Shown: piece after piece, positions 37,445-49,357 of the stretch
Position numbering within the stretch: position 1 is the stretch's first letter
Layout: each line of letters opens with the position of its first letter
Assembly: GCA_028534125.1 (NCBI GenBank)
Contig: CM052816.1
Coordinates: forward strand, 12,960,001 to 13,024,000
DNA length: 64,000 nucleotides
Direction: 5' to 3'
Source of the DNA: Lama glama
Taxonomy: Eukaryota
Program-made: the position numbers and the translations under genes
The notes under the pieces: generated by a model
The model's database searches: none
What the model saw: the letters and a program-made list of their open reading frames with translations, nothing else
What the model was told of the DNA's origin: nothing

Positions 37445-37925
37445 GCATTAGGATTTTGCTGGTTGCAAGAGACAGAAAATGGAACACAAAACCAACTTAA
37501 GCAAAGAGATGACCTCCTTGGCTCATAGAAATGAAAAGCCCAGGGTCCAGAATGTTTCGGGGGTCTACATAGCATCCTTATGCCTTACTTTCCTTCTCTG
37601 CCCTCTGCCTTCCCTAGAATTTGCTGCATTCCCAGGTATGGAAGCTGCAGGCCTACATCCTTCCAAGATAAGTGATGACCTGAAAGAGAGGACCGAGATC
37701 CTCCGCTTGACTGCTGTCGGCCTGAATGGAATCAGTGCCTCTTCCTAAGCCAAGGCTGGCAGAAGGGAATTCTCTGATGGGCTTAGACCTGGGCCAGTTA
37801 GGTACCCCTCGTGAATCGCTTGTGGCAGGGTTAACGCTACGAAAGCATTTGTATTGTGAGTAGAGGGAGCGTTTATCCCCTAAGAGAGGAGAAAAAAAAA
37901 AAAACAGTGATATTATTTCTAATAG
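37445..37925 (-). mobile_element. Old MLT1 (J-L group) LTR
   Basis: ggttgcaagagacagaaaa...cttaagcaaa...ttggctcatagaaatgaaaagccca. Confidence 0.65.
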
Positions 37926-38559
37926 ATCACTTAGCAGCCTAAAACTATGGTAAGGAAACCAGGGAGCGAGAGTGACCTTGGCGATGTCACTCCCAGTAAG
38001 CAAAACGGAGCTGCCCGCCAGGCCGTCGGGTCTGGGGAAGCATCTCTTGGTTTCTCATGTCATCCTGCTTATCCATCATTTGCTTCCTTCACACCCATTT
38101 CCTAGGATTTCTGCCAGGGCACAGAGCTGTCCACAGACTAAAATTAGAGTTTTGTGGCTAAGCAGAACTTCGGGGGATGGAAGGTAGGACATTACGGGTC
38201 AGTGTAGAGTCATGTACTCCCCTCGATGATTCTAAAGTTGTTTTCTGTAACTTGAGAGAAAAAACTTCCAAGAAAGTTTGGCCGTTTAGGAGGGAGGGGG
38301 ACGAAAGTCGGCACTGGGCACACCCTGTACTATCCCACAAAAATACAAAAGCAGAGACTCTCAGATTTTCCATAATTTCATGTTCTGTCCAAACGGCACA
38401 AACAAGATGCCACTGATCCATGATCCAGAAAACAGGTGCAGGGCTGTGGACCTCTGCCTCTGCAGCTAATGACCCAGGTTTCCGAGCGTCAGCTTCTCTG
38501 CAAGATGTGTTCTGGCCCTCTGGACTGGCATCTTTGTCATTTTAGGGGCCACAGCAGTT

Positions 38560-39190
38560 ACAGTAGCACAGTTGACATTTATTGAGTTGATATGGGCCAG
38601 TCAGCGTGCCAAGTATTGACAGGGATTACATTTTCAAGTCTTTACAACAATGCTCTGAATTGGGTATTACCTGCATTTTGCAGAGCAGAAGCCTGAGGGA
38701 CAGGGAGGGTAAATAACTCGCCCAGAGCCACAGGACACGATTTGCAGTCCACTCACGGGGGTTAAGCCACCAGACTTTCTGGCAGTGCTGCCCCCCACCC
38801 CTCCAGCCCCCGCCGTGGCGTATGACAATAGCTGACGGGTGTTATGCTAATAACTTGAGAGCGCTCATCTCTTTAGTATTCACAGTAACCCTGTGGTGGA
38901 CACCTCGTAGTGTTCCCACTTTGCAAATAAGGAAATGGAGGCTTCCAAATTCTCAGTAACTTGCTCAAAGTCACACAGTTTGAGTCCCGAATCTGGCTCT
39001 CAAGTTCACGCTCTCGGCTATAAGCCACTCCTGCCTGTCTGCGCCCTTTCAGCTTCATCTCCCTGTGTGAGAGTTACTTGTTTAGACGCCAGCTTTCCCC
39101 TCTAGGCTGTAAGATCCTTAAGGGCAGAGATGCTGCCTTAACCGCCACCTGGCTCCTAACAAGTGCTTAATAAATGTCTGATTTGTTTTC
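38560..39190. mobile_element. Two MIRs (-, ~38560-38775, ~38825-39030) and an L2 3' end (+, ~39060-39190)
   Basis: gacatttattgag...ggtaaataactcgcccagagccaca; gtaacttgctcaaagtcacacag; ctaggctgtaagatccttaagggcagaga...ttaataaatg. Confidence 0.75.
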
Positions 39191-40324
39191 TCAGTTCCAA
39201 ATATCGTGCTTAACACATAAAAGGCGTTCTCATTACAAAATAAGTAAATGAATGAAAGAAAGAGGGTGTGAGTGATGGCTCCTGAGGCCAGAAAAAAGAA
39301 TCTTCCCCTGTAGACTGGTAATCACATAATTAGTCTCTTGGGAGATCAAACCTATGGCCTGGGCTTTGCAAAAGTCAGTTCAATCCGAGTGACTTAGTCT
39401 CAAAATTGCAATGACTTGGCCTTGGCCAGATCTCCACAAATATCACAGGTCTTCAGCCACTTCCTTGTTGTTATAATTTCCCCTATTAAAAACAACAACA
39501 AAAAATCAACAGACTCAAACAAAACTTAAGACTCAGATGTTACATAAATTCATCTTAAACAGCAAAACTCAAGATTCTTTCTGGTCTCGTCTTTGCTGGG
39601 TTTCAGCTTTCCTGACCTTTAACATTTTTCTCCACAATAACTTCACAAATGCCACAGAAAATGCCATTAACACAACAACTAATTTTGTCTCATGAGAACC
39701 AGACTTCAGGCTCCCCCAGGGCTGGGCACTAGGCCCTCTATATATGTGGGGAATAGACACGGGGCTAAAGAAGCAAATGTACCTTTTCCCTGGAGCAGAG
39801 TTTTTCCAAAACACACAAACAAACAAACAAACAAGCAAAAAACCCTGAAGCAGACAATTAAAGGAGGCAGTGGTTTCCAGCCAGCTACAGAGGTGAAGAA
39901 AGCAAATAGCTTGAGATGTGTTTGGGGAGAACCTGTTTGGGAACCCAAGGTAAGCCCAATACGGTATCAAGCCCCTAGTTGCAAAACTAAATTGAAACAA
40001 GTCCATGTTCAAACACTTGTGGTTTCTTCGAGCTCAGGAGACAGCTGTCCAGAAAAATGACTCACCAGGGAGGCTAAATATACCATAGATGTTGCCTTGA
40101 GAGCGAGTTCTCCACATGTGGGAATGAGTTACTCAAACGGTTGTGGACACAATAAATGATATTTGCGTTAAATCGAAGAACTGTGCCGTCTTCTGTCTTC
40201 CACCACCGCCTACCCCATCCCAGTGGGAGGATGTGTTCAGTTTCTGTTTGCTGATCTCCACTTTTCACATTCATCCTCTGAGTGGACAGGGACCGACAGA
40301 GGATTTGTTCAATGAAGATCCCAC

Positions 40325-40885
40325 CCTGTGGTCGGTACCCTTGGCTGCCCGGCTTTCTTATCCACCTCCCTTGCTTCCTTGCCTGACCTTGTTCGATGTT
40401 CTTTCCCCGTGTGTGTATGCAGCTTCCCAAGTGATGAACGTTAGCTAGCCTGAGCCAATCACGGCGAGTCCATGCTCCTTACCAGACATTGGTGTGAACC
40501 CAGGCTTATCTAGCCAACAAAATATAAGTAGATGATATAAGCAATGGGCCGGGGAGGATTTTTCTCCTTAATAAAAGGGCACGTGGGAGGAAGTACCCAG
40601 CTCCTTTTGTTGCTAGATAGCTCACATCTTGTCTACATTAACTACTGCAGTTGAGCCATCTTTGGCTTATTGTAGCCATCTTGCTACCAGGAGGAGTGAG
40701 CTTTCCCACATCCTGAGGGCAGCGGAAAGCTGGCCAGCACCTGGGTCTTTACGGCAATGTCATACCCCTGAAATAGTCAAACCTACTTGTAGCTTTCTTG
40801 CAGTATGAGATAGCTTCTTGCTGTGATGAAACCATCTCCGGCTAGGTAGTTTACTGGCTCGGTGAATACAAGTGAGTCTGATCCT
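40325..40885 (+). mobile_element. MLT1 (J/K-like) LTR
   Basis: gcctgagccaatca...tagccatcttgctacca...cctgggtctt. Confidence 0.6.
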
Positions 40886-41034
40886 TGTTTTAAGGCAAAT
40901 TTTTATTCTCTTAAATATTCCTGTTTTTGCAATTATATCTGGTGTCTGCTGAGAAAGTGAGACCAATATGGCAGACAGTTTTGCAGAAACCAAATGCAGC
41001 ATCCAAAACCCCAGCAAGAACACACAGTTTAAAG

Positions 41035-41260
41035 CAAGAGTTGATAAACCTTTTGTGTTAAGGGCCAGCTAGCCCCTTAAAATCTGTCAGCTTCATGGGC
41101 CATTGAGTCTATATTGCAACTACGCAATTTTGCCGTTTTAGTGCAAAAGCATTCAGATTTTACATGCATGACTGGGCGTGGCCATGTTCCATTGTAACTT
41201 TATTTTCAAAAACTGGCAGAGGGCCAGATATAGACTGTAGGGTGTAGTTTGCCAGCCCTG
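41035..41260. mobile_element. MER58A
   Basis: aagggccag...gcaactacgcaa...gggcgtggccatgttcca...gtagtttgccagccctg. Confidence 0.85.
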
Positions 41261-41319
41261 GCCTAGAGTTCCCAAAAGATGCAGCCCTATACAATGAAAA
41301 ACCCTCTCTGATGGCTTCT

Positions 41320-41780
41320 TATATGCTCAGGGCCTGCCTACCTTTCTGACTTTACCTGGTACCACTTTTCACCTTTTTACCAGGTGCTCTGGCCTTCTTT
41401 TTGTTAATCTGCCAAGCTCTCTTTTTTTTCAGAGCTTTTGCATTTCATGTTCTCTTTTCACCGGCTCTTTATATGGCTAGCGTTTTTCTCATCATTCTGC
41501 AGTAAACACTAGTAACACCTTCTCAAATAGGCTTTTCGCCAACACTTAAATTAACCTCAGCAGCCTTCTTCTCCTTAGTCACTTCCCTGTCTATTATCTG
41601 CTTCATTTTTTTTTTGAGTGTATCAGTCTTCATCTCCATTTCTCCAACATCAACTCTTGCACCCATTGGAAGTTAAGTTTCTTAAGGGCAAGGACCCTGA
41701 TAGTCTTGGTCACCACTCAATTCCCCAAGTCCAGAAATGAAGTAGAAAGTAAATATTTGCTGATTATTGAACGCATGAAA
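41320..41780 (+). mobile_element. LINE-2 3' region
   Basis: ctggccttcttt...gccaagctc...cttaagggcaaggacc...taaatatttgctga. Confidence 0.7.
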
Positions 41781-43099
41781 CTCTTGTGGGCTATTATTGA
41801 CTTAAAGAAGTGTTTTTAAAGAGTTTTCAAATAGTTAATACAGAAACAGTTGCTTCCTAATTTTACAGAATAGGACTGTCTACAAGATGCTCATGTGTGA
41901 CTCCCTTGGGAGTTAAATTTTAACCCATCAGTAGCAGAGTATGTTATTGCTAAACAAGTAGTTGAATGACTAATAGAAATGTGAATAATTATTGACCACT
42001 TGACACTCTGGGGCAAGAAGTTAAAAGTTCGGGAAGAGAGTATTTTCTTGTTCTACCTACCAAACAATTCTCCTGGACACACTAAAATGGCCTGTTTGTC
42101 AGTTGTGAATGTGTTAGGGTTTTCTTTCCATGAAGAATCAAAGCAGGTAGCTCTGACCTAGATCCAGGTCAAGGTCTGAGCCTACCTTCTGCTCAAAGCT
42201 CGAGCTGTATTTTGGGAACCAGGATAGAGCTGCTTCATTGAATAATACAAATAAAGGAGAGGAGATTCTAAGCTTGCGTGAAAGATCCTTTTGCTTTATA
42301 AAATGTCACACGTGCTGATTTCCAGCCAGGGGTCTGACTATACGAAAGGACTGCTTGCCTCTGCTGTCCCGTAAACAACTTAGAAAGCCCAAACCACACT
42401 TACAGATAGAATTGAACACAATCGGAGGCGGGAAGGGGAAGTAGAGTTGGAAAATGTATTTGTTTGGGGCTGTTTCCTAATGTGAGTTCATGTTAGATTT
42501 TCCAGAGTTTTGGGTCATCTTCTCCACACCCCGCAGCATGAGTCATCCCCACCCTTAATGATTGCCTGCCTGGCCGTGGGCCACCTGCTAGCCCTTCTTA
42601 GACCAGGAAATCTAGTTAAAATACAATCCCTGGCACTTGACTAAAAGATTTTAAGCCCTGTCATTAAAATCTGTGACTCTTCCATGAAACTCCCTCCCAA
42701 ATACTTCTTTTAAAATCTCCCAAGGGATGCAAGGGAGAACAAAAATGTCCTCGAGAAAGGGAAGAGCCACACAGAAAAAAATGAGAACACAGCTCTTGTG
42801 AATGCTTTTCTTTCCATTGACCTAAAACTTATTTGCCCACCCAAGGGTCACTCCCCAGTGTCCTGAAAGTCTATGCTCTCAGTTTCTAGCAGGAGCAGGG
42901 ACTGTCTTCCTTGCTCAGGGATCAGAGACAGAGCCAACAGGTACATGAGCAATGGCCATTTCAACTGGCCGCAGCCAGGTCTCCATGTTGATGTGGCAGG
43001 CTTTGGGAGCCATGGTGGAAAAGGCTGATGGTTTTTGTTCAGCCGGGCTGCAGCGGAGAGGACAAGCCAAAGTGTGTACAAGATAACGTAAATACCAGG

Positions 43100-43330
43100 T
43101 GGGTACTACATGCAGCTGGGGGCAGCCACGGCGAGGCCCAGCCAAGTATGACCACAAAAGAATGCAAGCCCAGAGTTGCCAGATCTCTTGACTTTCCCAA
43201 AGAGTCCAGAACCCTGGATGACTCTTCTAATTTCTAACTGTTGAAGCAATTAAAAAAATTAAGTGGCCCCAAGCCAAGTGTGTCCACAAGGCCAGGTTGG
43301 GCCTATGGGTTGGCCATCTGAGGCCACTGT
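43100..43330. mobile_element. MER102-like hAT element, opposite orientation to the 1096 copy
   Basis: gcccagagttgccagatctcttgacttt...ggcctatgggttggcc. Confidence 0.6.
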
Positions 43331-43407
43331 GCAGAAGTCACATAAGTCCATATAGAGACACCAATGAGCTGCGATGTCCTCGGAGAACATTATCAACAAC
43401 CTGACTT

Positions 43408-44034
43408 TCTGGTGACCACCAGTTTGTTCTCCATGTCTATAAATCTCTTTCTGTTTGGTTATATTTGTTCATTTGTTTTTTAGACTCCACATATAAGTGA
43501 AATCATGGGCATTTGCCTTCCTCTGTCTGACTTACTTCACTTGGCATAATACCCTATAGGTCCATCCATGTTTTCACAAAAGGTACGATTTTATTCTTTT
43601 TATGGCTGACTAGTATTCCACTGTGTATATATACCACATCTTCTTTATCCATTCGTCTATCAATTAGTCCTAAAGTTGCTTCCGTATCTTGGCTCTTGTA
43701 AATAATGCTTCAATGAACGTAGGGGTGTGTGTATCTTTTCGAAGTAGTGTTTTCATTTCCTTTGGATAAATACCCAGAAGTGGAATTGGTCATATGCTAG
43801 TTCTATTTTCAGTTTTGGGGGGAACCTCTATACTGTTTTCCGTAGTGGCTGCACCAGTTCACATTCCCACCTACAGTGCATGAGGGTTCCCTTTCCCCCA
43901 CATCCTCAGCAACACTTCTTTTGGTTGTATTTTTGTTGATGGCCATAATGACAGGTGTGAGGAAGTATCTCATTGTGGTTTTGATTTGCGTTTCCCTGAT
44001 GATGAGTGATATTGAGCATCTTTTCATGTTCCTG
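43408..44034 (-). mobile_element. LINE-1 ORF2 C-terminal/3' fragment
   Basis: ORF 43809-44027 MKRCSISLIIRETQIKTTMRYFLTPV...[11 protein letters not shown] is L1 ORF2-like. Confidence 0.92.
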
Positions 44035-44796
44035 CACTAGCCCTACGGGGTCCTTCTGGTAAACCCACCTTCCCACAGTCTACACCTTAACTCTGAGTTC
44101 GTATCCTTTCATTAGAATGGTGCTATCCTGGCCTTGCTCTAACGATCATGAGCTTAAGTATATTTTCCTGCCAGTAAAAAGATGAAAGCATCCATTTTTT
44201 TAGCCCCATCTTTTCAGAGAGGACTGTAGTTAAAATTGTAGCAAACTTCTCATCTTGCTTCCGTACCTTTTTGTTTTTACATAATTAACATTGCACTAGT
44301 CTAAATGGATACTGATGTTGCTGGCAAACTGTTAAGATAGACTTCATGCTTTTGCCCATTTAATCGACCAAGTAGCGAACTTAATTGGAAAGCCAAGTCA
44401 ATGTTACTAAAAGAAATACAGAGGCCAAATGGAAAATTGGTAGGGAAAAGCTCCTGTTAGTTTGCACTTTTAATATTTCTTATTTTTTATGTCTTACTAC
44501 AAATGACATTTATGTGATTAAAAACAGGTTATTTCCTAGAAGCCTGTCTCCTCCTGTTAGATATTTTTCCTCTAAATGTATTACTTCTCAGCTTGTGTCA
44601 CAGAAGTCAGTGACTATGGAAATGATGATAGTGTCATTGAAGATTGTGGCTTTAGAGGGAAAATAAATAGCAGGGACAGATCCTAAACCACAAAGTTCCA
44701 GCGTTGTTGCAGATCTTGTTAGAAGAAAAGAAAAAGGGCACTGAACCCCTCGTGTGAACTGACTCCACAAACGTGAACTGGTTTAAACCCCCTTTC

Positions 44797-45296
44797 NNNN
44801 NNNNNNNNNNNNNNNNNNNNNNNNNNNNNNNNNNNNNNNNNNNNNNNNNNNNNNNNNNNNNNNNNNNNNNNNNNNNNNNNNNNNNNNNNNNNNNNNNNNN
44901 NNNNNNNNNNNNNNNNNNNNNNNNNNNNNNNNNNNNNNNNNNNNNNNNNNNNNNNNNNNNNNNNNNNNNNNNNNNNNNNNNNNNNNNNNNNNNNNNNNNN
45001 NNNNNNNNNNNNNNNNNNNNNNNNNNNNNNNNNNNNNNNNNNNNNNNNNNNNNNNNNNNNNNNNNNNNNNNNNNNNNNNNNNNNNNNNNNNNNNNNNNNN
45101 NNNNNNNNNNNNNNNNNNNNNNNNNNNNNNNNNNNNNNNNNNNNNNNNNNNNNNNNNNNNNNNNNNNNNNNNNNNNNNNNNNNNNNNNNNNNNNNNNNNN
45201 NNNNNNNNNNNNNNNNNNNNNNNNNNNNNNNNNNNNNNNNNNNNNNNNNNNNNNNNNNNNNNNNNNNNNNNNNNNNNNNNNNNNNNNNNNNNNNNN
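44797..45296. other. Assembly gap (500 N)
   Basis: exactly 500 N. Confidence 1.
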
Positions 45297-45422
45297 GGGT
45301 GGTCATAGACGTTAAATAGACTTATTGTGATCTTTTGTAGTATATGCATATATCAAATCCTTAGGTTGTACATCTAAATTGAAAAGAATGGTATATGTCA
45401 ATTATATCTCAATTTTTTAAAT
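45297..45422 (+). mobile_element. LINE-1 3' terminus running out of the gap
   Basis: tagacttattgtg...atatcaaatc...gttgtacatct...tatgtcaattatatctcaat. Confidence 0.8.
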
Positions 45423-46479
45423 GTTACAGTATAAAGCATTATGTGGCATGCTGTGGCCCTTCACATACCCTATGGTGAAGGCAAGGTAGGACCCCCACCC
45501 TCGCCGCCTTTTAGAAAGAGAACAGTGAATTGATTATTTCCAAAGAAGCATTAGGTGGAAGAATCTTGCCCAGAAGCCAGTCTGTAGACCTCAGCTGCCT
45601 CTCCAGAATGGAGTAGAAGGGTGTCTTCTGTGGATGACTACTCAGGGAGACCTAGTTTCAGGGAGGGAATAGATTGTAGGTAGAGTGAGATTAGAAACGA
45701 GAGCACATACCTGGGGGTGATGTGTTTACGTGGAAGAATGCTATTGGCCCCTAACACTAGTTGATTATGCTGAATTTTTATTTTCTCAAGGCAAAATTCA
45801 CACCTTTGAATAAGGAAAGAGGAAGTAACTTGTAAGCAGAGCCTCTCTCAGGAGGGCCATACAGCTGTCTACATCTCAAGACCCCAATCCTGGAAGCCTC
45901 TTTTGCTCACATGTTCGAGGCTATCAAATAGCCGTCTCTTCAGGATGGCCTTTGAGCAGTCTTACCATCAGTGATCTTGTATTCATGGCAAAGAATACAT
46001 TTCTTTCTTTGTTATTTTAAGCTCAAGTACATGGAGAATTTGGGGATGTTCTGTATAGCAGTCTGGCCCTTTATATGCTGAGCACTGAAATTTTTAAAAA
46101 GTGATCTGTGAAAATACATATATCTGAGCTGGGCATTCATTCTATTTTTAGGACTCAGAACGATTTGGTTGTGTTGGGGAGGGAGGAGGTTGGGGAGGGG
46201 AGGAATTGATCGTAAGTTTCAATAGATCAAACGTCAAATGTTTTCATATTTTGCTCTTACTCTCAAGATATTCAAGTCACCAAAATAGTCAGTTACCACT
46301 GATCAAGAGAGGAGAACATACGGGAACAATGTGGGTTTGGAGTTTTTCATTCACCATCAGCAGAAGAGGTTTATATAAACTGTCTAACGGAGCATTTGAC
46401 AGGCTGACTGGGTCACTCTCAATGCACAGGTCCCAGGATTTATCAAAGAGTTCCCAAGGCAAAGGGGATGATGTGTTTC

Positions 46480-46700
46480 TTGCATTTTGTTTGGTCCCCG
46501 TTATATGCTAGGCATTCTATGGAGGGCTTTACACCTTTGATCTCACTTAATCCTCACATCAGCTCAATGAGGCAGTTGGGATTATGCCCATTATACAGAG
46601 GAGAAAATTGAGATTTTCCAAGTTGGGTAGCTGACAAGTGGTAGAACCAAGGTGTGGACCCAGATCTACCAAACTCTAAAGCCCGTCCTCCTCCCACTCC
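46480..46700 (-). mobile_element. MIR SINE
   Basis: atctcacttaatcctcaca...cccattatacagaggagaaaattgag. Confidence 0.85.
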
Positions 46701-47399
46701 TCTAACTCAATTTGTCCCCTTCTGTTTTATAACACAGACTCCTTATTGGCCATCTGACACCTAAATGATTTTGAGAACCCCAGCATTGCATTAGAACCAT
46801 CTCAGTGATGTCGTAAGAAAGGTTCAGGGGCGTTTCAGAATTTCAGTTCAAAGAAACATTAATCGATGCCCTGTGTGTCAAGTTTATGACTGCCCAATCT
46901 GTTAAATACTCCCGTCCTAATGCGGATTGCCCTCCAAGAGAGGGCACTCATACGCTTCCAGATGGCCAGGCCTCTGAATTTCTTAATCCCCATGAGATCT
47001 CGTGAAGTGAGGCAATCAGGAAACATCTCAAATATTGGAATGAAAAGGAATTAGTCATAAGAAGGATTGTTTGATAGGTGGCTGACTAAACTAAAGTGCA
47101 ATTAAATAGAACACCTTTCTTAGACTTTCTACCACATCACTTATGCTGAAAATCTTTGCTCCATTATTCTCATCTGGTCCAGCTCTCCTGGAAATCTCTC
47201 CTGTTGGTGCGAATGGAAAATGTTTCTGTGTGAATGGCACACAGATGTTGCTTCATGCCAATGGTTCTTGTCTCCAAGAAACCCAAAGTTCACTTATATA
47301 AAAAAAAAAAAACAGCTTCTTGCCCATCCTGTATACAAATTCATAGATTATATAACTCATCAAAATTCTAATATTTTTTAAAAAGCATACAGTGTCCTA

Positions 47400-47692
47400 A
47401 AATAGATAAACAACAAGTTTCTACTGTATAGCACAGGGAACTATATTCAATATCTCATAGTAACCTGTAATGAAAAAGAATATGAAAACAAACATATGTA
47501 CATGTATGACTGAAACATGCTGTACACCAGAAATTGAGACAGCATTGTAAACTGACTCTACCTCAACAAAAATATTTGGAAAAAAAGAATATGAAAAGGA
47601 ATATATACATATGTATGTATCACTGAACCCCTATGCTGTACTCCTGAAATTAACACAACATTGTAAATGTCAATTAAAAAAAACAAACAAAG
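47400..47692 (+). mobile_element. LINE-1 3' UTR, tandem double tail
   Basis: aaaatagataaacaacaag...ctgtatagcacagggaactatattcaatat; two termini; TSD 47383-47399 / 47693-47709. Confidence 0.88.
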
Positions 47693-47936
47693 AAGAATAC
47701 AGTGCCCTATATGTAATGAAAAAGAGAAATAAACATTTATGGCTTTTCACGAGTAAAAATCTCAGGCATGACAGTAGAAGAGACTTTTAGGGAGACACAG
47801 TGTATCGCCGTGGATATTACCATTCTAATACGGACGGTGTGAGTTACCGTCAGTATCGCAACCACAGTGCAGCCTGTTACAGGTGTGTATGTTGGTGACT
47901 CAAAAACTAACTGGTGCGTTGCTGTCTGTGACGTGA

Positions 47937-47938
<2 letters not shown>

Positions 47939-47986
<48 letters not shown>
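47939..47986. repeat. (TG)24 microsatellite
   Basis: read directly from sequence. Confidence 0.98.
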
Positions 47987-47988
<2 letters not shown>

Positions 47989-48044
47989 CCGCCCCCACCC
48001 CTTCTCCATGATGAAACCCTCTTGGTAAAGTTCCAAACAAATCA

Positions 48045-48334
48045 AAGTACAACCTCCTTTGATTTTTACAGTAGTTGCATTCCTGGAAAATTCAGACTGC
48101 ATTAAACCTGTATAAAAACATTTCGTGATTATGTCTAAAAGAGTTGGATTTAGGCTCCAGGATGTCTGTCAGGACCATTCTTAGTTGAATAAGACTGTCT
48201 CATGTAGACTCCCTGGGCCCCACTCACTAAATGCCAACCGCATTACCTCAGTCACTCGGACTAGCAAAAATGCCCCCACAAATTTCCAAAACATCTCTGG
48301 GAAGGTGGTATCTCGCCTCCTTGAAAACCACTGC
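48045..48334. mobile_element. MER20B-like hAT element
   Basis: cagtagttgcattcctggaaaattca...cactaaatgcca...cccccacaaatttccaaaac...ttgaaaaccactg. Confidence 0.75.
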
Positions 48335-48916
48335 TTTGTGCAGCCCACTGAGTTCCTGAAAAGCTATGTGTAAATTTAAATTTTCATACCTGGATCTGAA
48401 TTTTCACATATTAAGCTTTTGTAAAATGAGGTGCATTCTTTTTTTTTTAAAACAACAAGCTGGTTTTCGCAGCACGAACAAAGGTGTTCCTGATTCACTG
48501 TCAGTAATGTTCTTGGCTCACCCGAGGTGGTGACTTAAGCCACTACGCACTGATGTCTCTCCAGTGAGAACGCAGAGTTAACTTATGTGTGTACGGGAGG
48601 TGGTAAACAAAGAGCAGGTGGACCGCAGGTATGATAAAGACGCACTGGCCCAGGTACAGACATCTGTGTATTCAGCTGACTCAAGGGCTAGGCAAAGGCC
48701 TTTGGCTGTCTCACACGTCGACGGGGTCAACCTAGGAAAAAGGTGAGCCCAGGGAGAGATGGATTGCAGCAGTTGCTAGGAGACGAAAAGTCTGTGAAGG
48801 AAACAAAGGATGTGAGTCAGGGTGGAGCATGAATGTGTAAGTGTAAACAGAGGGCTAAGGAGAGCCCAGCTGGAAGTGACCAAGGCTCTGAGAGCTACCT
48901 GGTGGGTATTGCTTCC

Positions 48917-49357
48917 TTTTTTTTAATTGAAATATAATCAGTTTACAGTGTTATGTCAATTTCTGGTGCACAGCACAATGTTTTAGTCATACATATACAT
49001 GCATATATTCATTTTCACATTCTTTTTCGATATAGGTTACTACAAGATATTGACTATAGTTGCCCAAGCTATATAGAAGAAATTTGTTATTTATCTGTTT
49101 TGTGCATAGTAGTATCTGCAAATCTCGAACTCCCAATTTATCCCTCCCTACCCGCTTCCCACCTGGTAACCATAAGTTTGTTTTCTATGACTGTGAGTCT
49201 GTTTCTGTTTTGTGAATAAGTCCATTTGTGGTTTTTTTTTTTTTTTTTTTAGATTCCACCTATGAGTGATAACCTGTGGCATTTTTCTTTCTCTTTCTGG
49301 CTTACTTCACTTAGAATGACAGTCTCCAGGTCCATCCATGTTGCAGCAAATGGCATT
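48917..49357 (-). mobile_element. LINE-1 3' end (camelid/cetartiodactyl type)
   Basis: poly-T then aattgaaatataatcagtttaca...tagattccac...tccatccatgttgcagcaaatggc; probable TSD attgcttc on both sides. Confidence 0.9.

Noticed and set aside
43809..44027. 72-aa ORF as a host gene
   Set aside because: It is a decayed LINE-1 ORF2 fragment, as is 35309-35497.
44719..45349. Long ORFs of 180-195 aa
   Set aside because: Artefacts of translating through the N gap.
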